A DNA stretch of 64,000 nt from a candidate division WOR-3 bacterium (GTDB lineage Bacteria > Hydrothermota > Tepidihabitantia > Tepidihabitantales > DTDR01): contig JANXBG010000003.1 of the NCBI GenBank assembly GCA_025060715.1, positions 412 to 64,411 of the forward strand. Direction: 5' to 3'. The notes under the pieces were generated by a model. The model did not search any database, had not been told where the DNA came from, and worked only from the letters and a program-made list of their open reading frames with translations. Below are positions 45,536 to 54,166 of the stretch, in pieces. Position numbers and translations under genes: made by a program. Position 1 is the first letter of the stretch; every line of letters begins with the position of its first letter.

Positions 45536-45587
45536 CTTATTAGATAATTATGTTCGTGATTATTGTCTCATTATGGTTTAGTAACCC

Positions 45588-45668
45588 AAATACAAAAACT
45601 GGCTTCCAACCCCACCCCCGTTGGAAGCCAGCAGAGGAATCCTTTAGACAACTACCTTCTTAAATTAA
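45588..45668 (-). ncRNA. candidate ~80-nt small RNA (own promoter plus intrinsic terminator)
   Basis: A minus-strand promoter at 45702-45675 has no ATG within 30 nt of the predicted start. A 12-bp perfect hairpin (45630-45598) is followed on the minus strand by TTTTTGTATTT. Confidence 0.35.
45598..45630 (-). terminator. intrinsic terminator hairpin (minus-strand polarity)
   Basis: CTGGCTTCCAAC (45598-45609) and GTTGGAAGCCAG (45619-45630) form a perfect 12-bp stem around a 9-nt C-rich loop. The T-tract is present only on the minus-strand side (plus-strand CAAAAA at 45592-45597). Confidence 0.5.
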
Positions 45669-45674
45669 CTAATT

Positions 45675-45702
45675 ATTATAATATATTTTCATAAAAAATC
45701 AA
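45675..45702 (-). promoter_or_regulatory. sigma70-type promoter of the candidate sRNA, divergent from the B12-rSAM promoter
   Basis: On the minus strand: TTGATT (45702-45697), 16 nt, TATAAT (45680-45675). Confidence 0.4.
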
Positions 45703-45715
45703 TATTTATTTTCTT

Positions 45716-45744
45716 TTGACTTTATCTTCTTTAAGAGTTATAAT
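45716..45744 (+). promoter_or_regulatory. sigma70-type promoter, leaderless type, of the B12-binding radical SAM gene
   Basis: TTGACT (45716-45721), 17 nt, TATAAT (45739-45744), 8 nt, then ATG at 45753. No SD. Confidence 0.5.
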
Positions 45745-45752
45745 TTGGTATT

Positions 45753-47093
45753 ATGAAATTACTTTTAGTTGTGCCGGCAAAGGAAGAGAGAAAAGAAAGA
45801 AGGCTAAAAGGAAAAGCTTTTCAAATACCGCAGCTCTCTTTAGGAATTCTTGCTTCTTTAACACCCGAAGATGTAGAGGTTGATTACGTTGATGAAAATT
45901 TAGAAGATATAAATTATGAATGGGGGGCCGATTTGGTAGCAATTACTGTGATGACTGCCACTGCTCCCAGAGCCTACGAAATTGCTCAAAATTTTAAGAA
46001 GTTTGGTGCTAAAGTTGTTTTAGGAGGAATTCACCCTTCTATTCTACCTTATGAAGCTCTTAAATATGCGGATTCAGTAGTGGTAGGGGAAGCAGAATAT
46101 GTTTGGCAACAAGTTATCGAGGATTTTAAAAGAAAGGAGTTAAAACCAATCTATTATGGGAAAAGAGTAGATAGTAAAGATATTATTTCTCCAAAAAGAG
46201 AGATTTTTAAAAATAAGGGTTATTATTTTACTTCCATTTTACAAGCTACGAGAGGTTGTCCTTACGATTGTGATTTCTGTTCAGTATCTCTTTTCTTTGG
46301 TCGTTCCTTTCGCAATCGTCAAATAAAAGATATAATTAAAGAGATTGAAGAATTGAATCATCCTTTAATTGGATTTTTGGATGATAATTTAATAGGAAAT
46401 AAAAAGTTTGCTAAGAAATTATTTTACGAACTTATTCCTTTAAAAATCCGTTGGCTTGCTCAGGCATCATTAACAATTGCTGATGATTTAGAATTGTTAA
46501 GATTGGCAAAGAGAAGTGGTTGTGCAGGCCTTTTTATTGGTATTGAGAGTATTAGTGAAGGTGGTTTAAAAGAAATAAATAAAAGATACCAAAAAGCAAA
46601 AACTCTTTTAGAAAAAATAAAAAGAATTCAGGAAGAAGGAATTTTAATTGAAGGAAGTTTTATTTTTGGTTTAGATAGTGATACCCCTGATGTGTTTGAC
46701 GAGACTTTGGAATTTGTTTTTAAGTCAAAAATGGCATTAGCCAGTTTCGGTATTTTAACCCCTTATCCGGGAACAAAATTACAAAAGAGATTGATAGAAG
46801 AAAATCGGATTATTACTTATGATTGGCGACTTTATGATTGTGGCCATGCAGTATTTAAACCAAAAAATATGACAATTGAAAAGCTCCAAGAAGGTCTTGA
46901 CTATTGTTGGTATCAATTCTATTCTTATAAGAATATCTTTAAAAGAGTTTTTTCTTTGGGTTATCGTTTCCCCCTTTTAGGCATTCCGGTGCTTATTTTA
47001 AATCTTTCTTATAAAAGAATGCTTTTTAAAACTACTGATATCTCTTCTTGGTTTTCTCAAAAGAATTACGGTTTTATCCCAGAAACTATTTAA
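45753..47093 (+). CDS. B12-binding-domain radical SAM protein (class B), substrate unknown
   Basis: The N-terminal cobalamin-binding Rossmann-like domain is DLVAITVMTATAPRAYEIAQNFKKFGAKVVLGGIHPS. The CX3CX2C motif is at ATRGCPYDCDFCSV. Confidence 0.85.
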   Translation: MKLLLVVPAKEERKERRLKGKAFQIPQLSLGILASLTPEDVEVDYVDENLEDINYEWGADLVAITVMTATAPRAYEIAQNFKKFGAKVVLGGIHPSILPYEALKYADSVVVGEAEYVWQQVIEDFKRKELKPIYYGKRVDSKDIISPKREIFKNKGYYFTSILQATRGCPYDCDFCSVSLFFGRSFRNRQIKDIIKEIEELNHPLIGFLDDNLIGNKKFAKKLFYELIPLKIRWLAQASLTIADDLELLRLAKRSGCAGLFIGIESISEGGLKEINKRYQKAKTLLEKIKRIQEEGILIEGSFIFGLDSDTPDVFDETLEFVFKSKMALASFGILTPYPGTKLQKRLIEENRIITYDWRLYDCGHAVFKPKNMTIEKLQEGLDYCWYQFYSYKNIFKRVFSLGYRFPLLGIPVLILNLSYKRMLFKTTDISSWFSQKNYGFIPETI

Positions 47094-47096
47094 AAT

Positions 47097-48353
47097 TTAA
47101 TAAATAATAATTTTCTTAATTTCTTTCGCTTCTTTTAAAAAATAGACACCTTTAGAAGAGATTTTAGAAACTTTGATTTTTTTGCCAGTAATATCAAAGA
47201 TTTCAGTAAAATATCTATTTTTAGAAAGAGAAATAATTTTTTTCTCATTTATTGCGGGCAAATAAAGGAGTTTCATTAAGTAAATATCTCTATTATTGTT
47301 TTCTCCTATCCAACCAGAGATATAAATATGGTTAAGATTATCTAAATTGATATCTTCTCCACCCATATAAAAGGCGAAATTATAATGATGAGAGAAAAGA
47401 CTTTCGCCATTAGAAGAGTATTTTAAGAGAAAGCAATCAGAGTAGCGAGGCATTGTTTCTTTTACAACAACTCCGGTAATAAGGATGTTTCCTAATTGGT
47501 CAATAGCAATTCCCCAAGGAAGATTTTCATATCTTGTTATGTATTTTCTTGTGAAAAGGGTTTCACCATTTGGAGCATACTTTATTAAAATTGAAAAGAT
47601 ATCCCAGTCATGACCAACAACACCACAAGCATAGATATTGTTAGAGGAATCAACTGCTATATCATGGCCTGTATCTATCTCCTCAAAATCAAGGCTTTTT
47701 TGCCAAATGAGAGTTCCATTTTTATCAAATTTCATTGTTAAAAAATAGGTATTATCCAAAAGTCCATAATCACCGGTTCCAATTATATTTCCTTCTTTAT
47801 CTAAGGTAACCGAATAAAGACCTTCCCAATCATTCCATCCTAAATCATAGATTCTTTGCCAGATTAAATCACCAGAGGGTGAAAATTTAGCAAGAATAAT
47901 ATCCTCATCATTACTTTCAGTTAGAGTGCCAGAAACAATTATATTATTTGAATCATCTATTGTTACGCCATAAAGAGCACCATATTCACCAAGTTCTAAT
48001 CTTCTTGACCAAAGAGTTTCGCCATCAGGTGAAAATTTGATTACATGGACATTACGATGAGGCTCCTGCCAGCGTCCAATAATAATTATATTTCCTTCTT
48101 TATCACAAGCCAATCCGCGTGGGCTCCCATTGATGTTAAAATTTCTTGTCCAGATTATTTCACCAGAAGAAGAATATTTCACAATAAAAATACAACTCCA
48201 ATCTTCAGGAACAGGAGCAAGAATTATGTTGCCCTCTGGGTCAATTGTTGAAGAACTTCCATATTCATTCGTCCCGGTATCAAATCTTCTAAACCATAAG
48301 GTATCGTAAGGATAAGCAAAAAAAAATAGAAGGAATAAAATAAAATATCTCAT
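47097..48353 (-). CDS. secreted SBBP-like beta-propeller repeat protein with a T9SS tail
   Basis: The start is moved to MRYFILFLLFFFAYP (ATG 48353), 1 nt after the upstream stop. The repeats are SSGEIIWTRNF, PDGETLWSRRL, PSGDLIWQRIY, KNGTLIWQKSL, PNGETLFTRKY and SNGESLFSHHY, each followed by D..GN(I)(I/Y). The tail is EIFDITGKKIKVSKISSKGVYFLKEAKEIKKIIIY. Confidence 0.6.
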   Translation of the reverse strand: MRYFILFLLFFFAYPYDTLWFRRFDTGTNEYGSSSTIDPEGNIILAPVPEDWSCIFIVKYSSSGEIIWTRNFNINGSPRGLACDKEGNIIIIGRWQEPHRNVHVIKFSPDGETLWSRRLELGEYGALYGVTIDDSNNIIVSGTLTESNDEDIILAKFSPSGDLIWQRIYDLGWNDWEGLYSVTLDKEGNIIGTGDYGLLDNTYFLTMKFDKNGTLIWQKSLDFEEIDTGHDIAVDSSNNIYACGVVGHDWDIFSILIKYAPNGETLFTRKYITRYENLPWGIAIDQLGNILITGVVVKETMPRYSDCFLLKYSSNGESLFSHHYNFAFYMGGEDINLDNLNHIYISGWIGENNNRDIYLMKLLYLPAINEKKIISLSKNRYFTEIFDITGKKIKVSKISSKGVYFLKEAKEIKKIIIY

Positions 48354-48354
48354 T

Positions 48355-48993
48355 TTAAGGTTGTTGTATATTACACCAATCTTCATCATAAGTTCTTGCA
48401 TCACAAATTGTGTCTGGTTGTCTCCATTTCCACCAATGCCAACCGTTAAGGGTTACTCTTAATATATTACCTACCGAACGGAAACCAACCCACGATACGC
48501 TTGCACGATAATTGCCACTTTTTACTACTCGTGTATGGCTACCACTTCTTTCACTTCTTAATACTCCATCAACATATTTTCTTAAAACTGCGTAGACACG
48601 AATTTTTTCATTAATATTATAACTTACTGTGTTTGAAATAGCAACAAATTTTGCATATCTCACTTGTGTATCATACCAACAGTCTACATAAGAAAATGCC
48701 CAACGGGTTGGGTCAATATAAACAGTTTCGGGTATTGCTTTTAACACTTCTAACCATTCCTCAGCGGTTAAATATCCTTTTTGGTGTAATTCTTCTAAAC
48801 TAACTTTTACAAATCCCTCAGGGATTGATTCTGGTGGTATTGAATCGCCTTCTAATAAACAGGCTTCTTTTAACCCATCTTCGTTTATCCATTCTTTAAG
48901 ATAATAATGGGTCTCTTCGGAAATTGGCTCTTCTTGATTGAAAATAAAGAAAGGAATAAAAGTGATTAAAGATAAAATTAAAAACTTCTTCAT
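48355..48993 (-). CDS. secreted protein, unknown function
   Basis: It has a signal peptide (MKKFLILSLITFIPFFIF) and a Trp/Arg-rich C-terminal half. It sits in an operon between the lipoprotein and the SBBP cargo. Confidence 0.4.
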   Translation of the reverse strand: MKKFLILSLITFIPFFIFNQEEPISEETHYYLKEWINEDGLKEACLLEGDSIPPESIPEGFVKVSLEELHQKGYLTAEEWLEVLKAIPETVYIDPTRWAFSYVDCWYDTQVRYAKFVAISNTVSYNINEKIRVYAVLRKYVDGVLRSERSGSHTRVVKSGNYRASVSWVGFRSVGNILRVTLNGWHWWKWRQPDTICDARTYDEDWCNIQQP

Positions 48994-49057
48994 AATATTT
49001 CCTTTTTAATTCTTATGTATTTTAAAATAATATTTTTAAAAAGTCAATAAAAAATTA

Positions 49058-49801
49058 TCAATCTTTTCTAACAAAAATGATAATCTCATCGTTTGTTTGG
49101 GATGAGAAATGGCCCAAGCCATGATATAAGGTATCAAGTTCGCCCCTTTTTATTGTCCATTGATAACGATTGTAATCAAAGGCATAGACTCTTAATTGAT
49201 AATAAGAAGTGGTATCAAATAAAGCTTCTTTTATTTCTCTAATATCTAAAAAGGTATCTTGGGTAAATAAGGGGAAATATTCAGCCAAGGTATCTCTTGG
49301 TAACCTAAAAATAAATAAAGCATAAGCAACGGCACCCCTGCTTCTTTCCCAATTAAAATAGTTTAAACTATCATAATGAAGGGTATCATTATTTTTGGGA
49401 AAAGTAATTGAAAAGGTATCAGGAACGATTGTCTTTTTGGTTAAGGTATCATTTTGGAAGATTACCCAAAGGGAATAGGTGTTTAAAGGTTTTACAAAAA
49501 AATCTAAATTGGGCCAACGCAAATTAGTTTCCTGATAAATTCCATTCCAGTAATGTCTAAGGTTTAAAGTTTCTTTGGTTTCTTCATTAACAATAAATAC
49601 TTTTGCCTCAGTAATTCCATAAGTTTTTACTTCTTTTTCTATTGAATAATTACTATCAACAATACAGGTAATATAATATTCTTTTGGATTTAAAATAGAA
49701 AAGGCATATATCTTTCTTTCCCAATTTTCTTCTATTCCTATTTTTTTACAAGATAAAAAAACCAAGATAATTATAAAAATTCTCTTAAAAGGCATATTCA
49801 A
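49058..49801 (-). CDS. lipoprotein, possibly DUF4249-like partner of the TonB-dependent receptor
   Basis: It has a lipobox-like FLSC. The gene overlaps the 3' end of the receptor gene, the usual position of DUF4249 genes next to CarboxypepD_reg-type receptors. No motif-level proof. Confidence 0.35.
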   Translation of the reverse strand: MNMPFKRIFIIILVFLSCKKIGIEENWERKIYAFSILNPKEYYITCIVDSNYSIEKEVKTYGITEAKVFIVNEETKETLNLRHYWNGIYQETNLRWPNLDFFVKPLNTYSLWVIFQNDTLTKKTIVPDTFSITFPKNNDTLHYDSLNYFNWERSRGAVAYALFIFRLPRDTLAEYFPLFTQDTFLDIREIKEALFDTTSYYQLRVYAFDYNRYQWTIKRGELDTLYHGLGHFSSQTNDEIIIFVRKD

Positions 49802-51965
49802 TTGACAGAGACGGTATTATCGGTAATTGATAGAATACTTTTCTTACCGGTGGCTCAATTTTGTAGTCATAATAGTAAAAGAGGAAGTTCTTTTGGTTAT
49901 ATAAATTGAATATGTCAATTCTTATTTTTAATCTTTTAATCTCCTTTTCCCAACTTAAATCCAAACGATGATAATTGGGATAGCGAGAAGCATTTTTCTC
50001 GCCATACTCCTCAAACCAATAATAACGCCATTCACGGGTTATATATCGATAATAAAAATAACGATAACGAGAAAGAATTTCGGTATAAGGGGTTCCCGTA
50101 TAAAAGGCAAAACGAAAAGATAGATTACTTTTTAATAGGAAGGGTAGAATAATTATAAAATTAATATTATGCCTTCGGTCATAAAAAGGATGATAAGAAA
50201 GATTATCAAAATAGTTCTTTACCCAACAATAGGAATAGGTAAGATAGGTTAGAAAATCTCCCGCCTCTTTTTTTATCAATAGGTCAAAACCATAAGCCTT
50301 AGATTTACCTCTTTTTAATAATGTTTTTTCAATATTAAAAGGATCGTTTGTTTCGTTATATTCATAAATCAAAGGATAATATTTATAATAAGGCTCAATA
50401 TTGAAATAGATATTCTCAAAAAAATAACCCTCAAAACCTAAAATATAATGCCAGGCCTTTTGGGGTGAATAAGGACCAAAGGTTGGTATCCAAACATAAA
50501 GAAAAGGTATTGGTTGAAATTCGGGTAATAAGGCCGTTATTAATTGGGAATATTTACCAAAGGAGAATTTTAAAGAAATAAGGTCTAAAAGAAAATATTT
50601 TAATGAAAACCGAAAATCAATTGGCTTATACCATCTATTGCCATAATAGGAGGTAAATTGATTATCCTGTCTTATCCCGGCTTCCAGAAGGAATCTCTTA
50701 AAAACACTTCTTTGGCTTAAATAGAAAGATAAATTTCTTGGTTTTCCTAAAATATCATATTTTATTCCTCCCATTATTTTAGTATCATAATAAAAATCGT
50801 TCAATTTTCCTTCTATCCCAAATTTTAAAGTATGATTATGAGATAAATAATAATTAAAATCCCCTTTGAAACTCAACTCTTTTATCCAATTATTGACAAA
50901 AACAAAGTTATTATAAAAATTAATATAATAATGGTAATAAGAAAAAGTTAAGAAAGATTTTAAGAAGAATTTCGGTGAAAAACTATAGAGGTAAGATAAG
51001 GAAGATAAATAGTTTCCCCATTTAAAATGTAATAAAAAATCTGAATAGTTAAAATTGTCATAAGTAATAAAATTGGTAAAGAAAATTTTTCCTCTTTGGT
51101 TTAATTCATAATTGGCCTTTAAAAAACCTTCTAAAAAATAATAGGGAAAATTGACTTTAAATAGTTTTAGAAATTTATCAAAATAACTTCTTCTAAAAGT
51201 AAGAATATAACTACTCTTCTCTTTGATAAGAGGCCCTTCTAAGATAATTTTTGTTAAAAGATTATTTATTTCTAAATTTAGATTTCTTTTGTATTTATTG
51301 CCTTCTTTTAGAGTAATATCTAATACTGAAGAAAGTCTTTGTCCATATTCAGAAGAAAAGCCACCAGTATAGAAATCTGCCTTTTTAATAATCTCTTGTG
51401 GCAAACTTCCGATAAATCCTCCAAGATGGTAGGGGTTATAAAAGTTTATTCCATCTAATAAGATTAAATTCTGATCGGCTGAACCACCTCGTACATATAA
51501 AGCTGAAGAAAAATCAGTGGCCATCAAAACACCAGGAAAGACTTGTAAAGAGCGAAAAAAATCAGAAGAAAAAAGTCGAGGAAAGAGTTTAATATCTTTG
51601 TCAGCAATCTCAATCTTACTAATACCAATCTCTTGTTTTATCCTTGCCTTTCTGCTTTCGATTAATACCTCTTTTAAAGTTAAAGGACTTCTTTTTAAAT
51701 AGATATTCAATTTTAAGACTTCCCCCTTTATTAGATTTACTTCCCTTTTTTCTTCGGAATAGCCAATATAAGAAAAGACAATGGAATATTTTCCTTCCGG
51801 GACTTGTAAGATATAATAACCTTCTTTATTTGTTGTTGTGCCGTAAATTGTATTTTCTAAATAAATATTGCAACCAATTAAAGGTTCCTTTGTTTCATAA
51901 TCATAAACATAGCCAGAAATTATTGAGTTGGAAAAAGAAATAAGAAATAAGAAAATTATTTCCAT
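49785..51965 (-). CDS. TonB-dependent receptor with an N-terminal CarboxypepD_reg-like domain
   Basis: The N-terminal domain is ISGYVYDYETKEPLIGCNIYLENTIYGTTTNKEGYYILQVPEGKYSIVFSYIGY. The plug region is LQVFPGVLMATDFSSALYVRGGSADQNLILLDGINFYNPYHLGGF. A long beta-barrel follows, ending SIEYAF. Confidence 0.8.
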   Translation of the reverse strand: MEIIFLFLISFSNSIISGYVYDYETKEPLIGCNIYLENTIYGTTTNKEGYYILQVPEGKYSIVFSYIGYSEEKREVNLIKGEVLKLNIYLKRSPLTLKEVLIESRKARIKQEIGISKIEIADKDIKLFPRLFSSDFFRSLQVFPGVLMATDFSSALYVRGGSADQNLILLDGINFYNPYHLGGFIGSLPQEIIKKADFYTGGFSSEYGQRLSSVLDITLKEGNKYKRNLNLEINNLLTKIILEGPLIKEKSSYILTFRRSYFDKFLKLFKVNFPYYFLEGFLKANYELNQRGKIFFTNFITYDNFNYSDFLLHFKWGNYLSSLSYLYSFSPKFFLKSFLTFSYYHYYINFYNNFVFVNNWIKELSFKGDFNYYLSHNHTLKFGIEGKLNDFYYDTKIMGGIKYDILGKPRNLSFYLSQRSVFKRFLLEAGIRQDNQFTSYYGNRWYKPIDFRFSLKYFLLDLISLKFSFGKYSQLITALLPEFQPIPFLYVWIPTFGPYSPQKAWHYILGFEGYFFENIYFNIEPYYKYYPLIYEYNETNDPFNIEKTLLKRGKSKAYGFDLLIKKEAGDFLTYLTYSYCWVKNYFDNLSYHPFYDRRHNINFIIILPFLLKSNLSFRFAFYTGTPYTEILSRYRYFYYRYITREWRYYWFEEYGEKNASRYPNYHRLDLSWEKEIKRLKIRIDIFNLYNQKNFLFYYYDYKIEPPVRKVFYQLPIIPSLSIEYAF

Positions 51966-52091
51966 TGTTTTATCTTATTTAAGCCTTTTTTAATTTTAAT
52001 CACTTTATCATTTTCGTCAATAATTTTATTTTTCATTTTAAATATTTTAAGTTTGGTTGCTTTTCAAAGGCTTTATAATACTAAAATAATC

Positions 52092-52178
52092 GAAAGATGT
52101 GATTTCTAATGCCGCGTTATAATGTCTAAATCTATAAAGAGTAGAGTTTATGGTTAAGTAGGCAGAAGTATAATTTAG
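52092..52178 (+). repeat. possible degenerate copy (D) of the intergenic repeat family
   Basis: GATGTGATTTCTAATGCCGCGTTATAATGTCTAAATCTATAAAGAGTAGAGTTTATGGTTAAGTAGGCAGAAGTATAATTTAG parallels GATATTTTCTTAATGC..TTGATAAG...TTTCTATAAAGAAGGGG...TATGGTATAGGTA of copy A. It lies upstream of and co-oriented with the pepP-efp-accC unit. Confidence 0.3.
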
Positions 52179-52471
52179 TCTATTTCAATAGCTTATCAAA
52201 AGCCTTTAGCGCCTCTTCATAAAGAATGAGGTGATTTAAAATATTACCTTTATTATTCTAAAATTAAGCCCAATAAGAAGTCTATTTCCGTTACCCTTTC
52301 TAAAGTTTTTAATGTTTTGAGTTATTATTTTTCTTACCCACTTTTTTCTTAACTAAAGTAGTAACAAAACTCAGTTTTTTACGCAATCGTTTATTAAACG
52401 AATTTAACACTGTCACAAAACCTGACCAATATTAAAAACATCCATCTTTAAAATCTTTCTTAATAGTTAAA

Positions 52472-52500
52472 TTGACTTAATTAATTTTCTTATTTAAAAT
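52472..52500 (+). promoter_or_regulatory. sigma70-type promoter, leaderless type, of the pepP-efp-accC unit
   Basis: TTGACT (52472-52477), 17 nt, TAAAAT (52495-52500), 5 nt, then ATG at 52506. Confidence 0.45.
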
Positions 52501-52505
52501 ATTCA

Positions 52506-53594
52506 ATGTTACAAATCTATAAAGAAAGGCAAAAAAAAGTTTTTGATTATCTTTCTAAAAACAATATAGATAGTTTTTTGGTTTCTGATTTGGTGAATAT
52601 TCGTTATCTTGCCAATTTTACTGGCAGCAATGGTTATCTGTTATTTTTTGATAGTAAGGTATATTTTTATACCGATTTCAGATATGAACTCCAAAGTAAA
52701 AGAGAAGTGATTTGTGATGAGATAATTATTATTAAAAAGAATCTCTTTGCAAGTCCACCAAAGGAATTTTTAAAATTTAAAAGATTAGGGATTGAGAAAG
52801 AAAATATCACTCTCGACAGTTACAATAAAATTTTAGAATATTTTAAAAAGAAAAATAAAAGGATAAAAATAATCCCTCTCCCCAATTTTATAAAAGAGGA
52901 ATTTAGGGCAGTAAAAGATGAAGAAGAGATAAAGTTAATAAGTAAGGCAGCGGAGATTACCGATAGGGTTTTTTTAAAGGTATTAGAAGAAATAAAAGAA
53001 GGGGTAAGGGAAAAAGAATTGGCTTTCTTTATTGAGAGTGAGTTCAGGAAAGAAGGAGAGCTTTCTTTTCCGGTGATTGTGGCTAGTGGTGAAAATTCTG
53101 CATTACCTCACGCAAGGGCAAGTGATAAAAAGATAAAATCTGGTGAGGCGATTGTTATTGATATTGGTTGCCGATATCAGGGTTATTGTTCAGATATGAC
53201 AAGGACAGTATTTTTCGGAAAGGTTAATAAGGAACTTAAAGAGATTTATCAGATTGTTTATGATGCCCAAAAAAGAGCAATTGATTTTCTATGGGAAGAT
53301 AAAAAGATTAAGGCAAAAGAGTTAGATTCTAAGGCAAGGGATTATATAAAAAATAAGAATTATGGAAAATATTTTGGCCATGGTTTAGGTCATGGGGTTG
53401 GTTTAGAGGTCCATGAGAAGCCTTGGGTCTCTTTTCTCTCAAAGGATAAAATAAAAGAGAATATGATTTTTACCATTGAGCCAGGAATTTATTTGCCTAA
53501 TATTGGTGGTGTAAGGATTGAGGATTTAATTCTTTACAAAGAAAAGGAAATTATTTTCCTTTCTAAAAGTGATAAAAAACTTTTGGTATTATAA
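52506..53594 (+). CDS. Xaa-Pro aminopeptidase/dipeptidase, M24B family
   Basis: It has a creatinase-like N-domain. The pita-bread metal ligands appear in IDIGCRYQGYCSDMTRT, FGHGLGHGVGLEVHE, FTIEPGIY and GGVRIED. Confidence 0.85.
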   Translation: MLQIYKERQKKVFDYLSKNNIDSFLVSDLVNIRYLANFTGSNGYLLFFDSKVYFYTDFRYELQSKREVICDEIIIIKKNLFASPPKEFLKFKRLGIEKENITLDSYNKILEYFKKKNKRIKIIPLPNFIKEEFRAVKDEEEIKLISKAAEITDRVFLKVLEEIKEGVREKELAFFIESEFRKEGELSFPVIVASGENSALPHARASDKKIKSGEAIVIDIGCRYQGYCSDMTRTVFFGKVNKELKEIYQIVYDAQKRAIDFLWEDKKIKAKELDSKARDYIKNKNYGKYFGHGLGHGVGLEVHEKPWVSFLSKDKIKENMIFTIEPGIYLPNIGGVRIEDLILYKEKEIIFLSKSDKKLLVL

Positions 53595-53605
53595 AAGGAG
53601 GGAAT

Positions 53606-54166
53606 ATGATAACACCCAATGATTTTCGTTTTGGTACTATCATTAAATTAGAAGATGGTTATTATCAAGTAATAGAATATCAAAGAATAAAGATTGCTCA
53701 AAGAAGGGCTTTTGTAAAAACCAAATTAAAAAATCTAATAACAGGTCAAGTAATTGAAAAAAATTTTGATTCTGATGAGACCTTTGAGGAGATTGAGGTA
53801 GATAGAAAAAAAGGGCAGTTTCTCTATTCCGAAGGAGATAATTATTATTTTATGGATTTAGAAAGTTATGAGACCATCTTTTTTTCTAAAGAGGTTTTAG
53901 GTGACCGTATTTATTATTTAACAGAGAATTTGGAAGTAACGATTTTGTATTTACAAAATAAGCCGGTAAATATTGAGGTGCCAACTTTTGTTGTCTTACA
54001 GGTTGTGGAAACTCAAGCTTCCTTTAAAGGAGATACGATGTCGGGTTCTTCCAAACCAGCAAAACTTTCTACAGGTTTAGTAATTGATGTTCCTTTCTTT
54101 GTAGAAGTGGGTGATTATGTGAGAATAGATACTAGAACAAATAGTTATGTGGAGAGGGTATTATGA
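53606..54166 (+). CDS. efp: elongation factor P with a non-canonical beta3-beta4 loop
   Basis: 186 aa, starting MITPNDFRFG. The C-terminal motif is KGDTMSGSSKPAKLSTGLVIDVPFFVEVGDYVRIDTRT. The loop reads KIAQRRA (residues 29-35) where KPGKG.A or KSGRNAA is expected. Confidence 0.9.
   Translation: MITPNDFRFGTIIKLEDGYYQVIEYQRIKIAQRRAFVKTKLKNLITGQVIEKNFDSDETFEEIEVDRKKGQFLYSEGDNYYFMDLESYETIFFSKEVLGDRIYYLTENLEVTILYLQNKPVNIEVPTFVVLQVVETQASFKGDTMSGSSKPAKLSTGLVIDVPFFVEVGDYVRIDTRTNSYVERVL

Noticed and set aside
45598-45630. Hairpin as a plus-strand terminator or part of a cobalamin riboswitch for the B12-rSAM gene
   Set aside because: No T-tract follows it on the plus strand, and no plus-strand gene ends upstream. 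The rSAM promoter lies downstream of it. I could not see the conserved B12-box context. Minus-strand terminator polarity fits better.
45017-45752. Long spacers (also 25222-25894, 36778-37277 and 52000-52505) as remnants of a mobile element, prophage or defence island
   Set aside because: I saw no transposase, integrase, terminal inverted repeats, direct target duplications or phage/defence gene motifs on either strand. Only the repeat family and promoters are evident.
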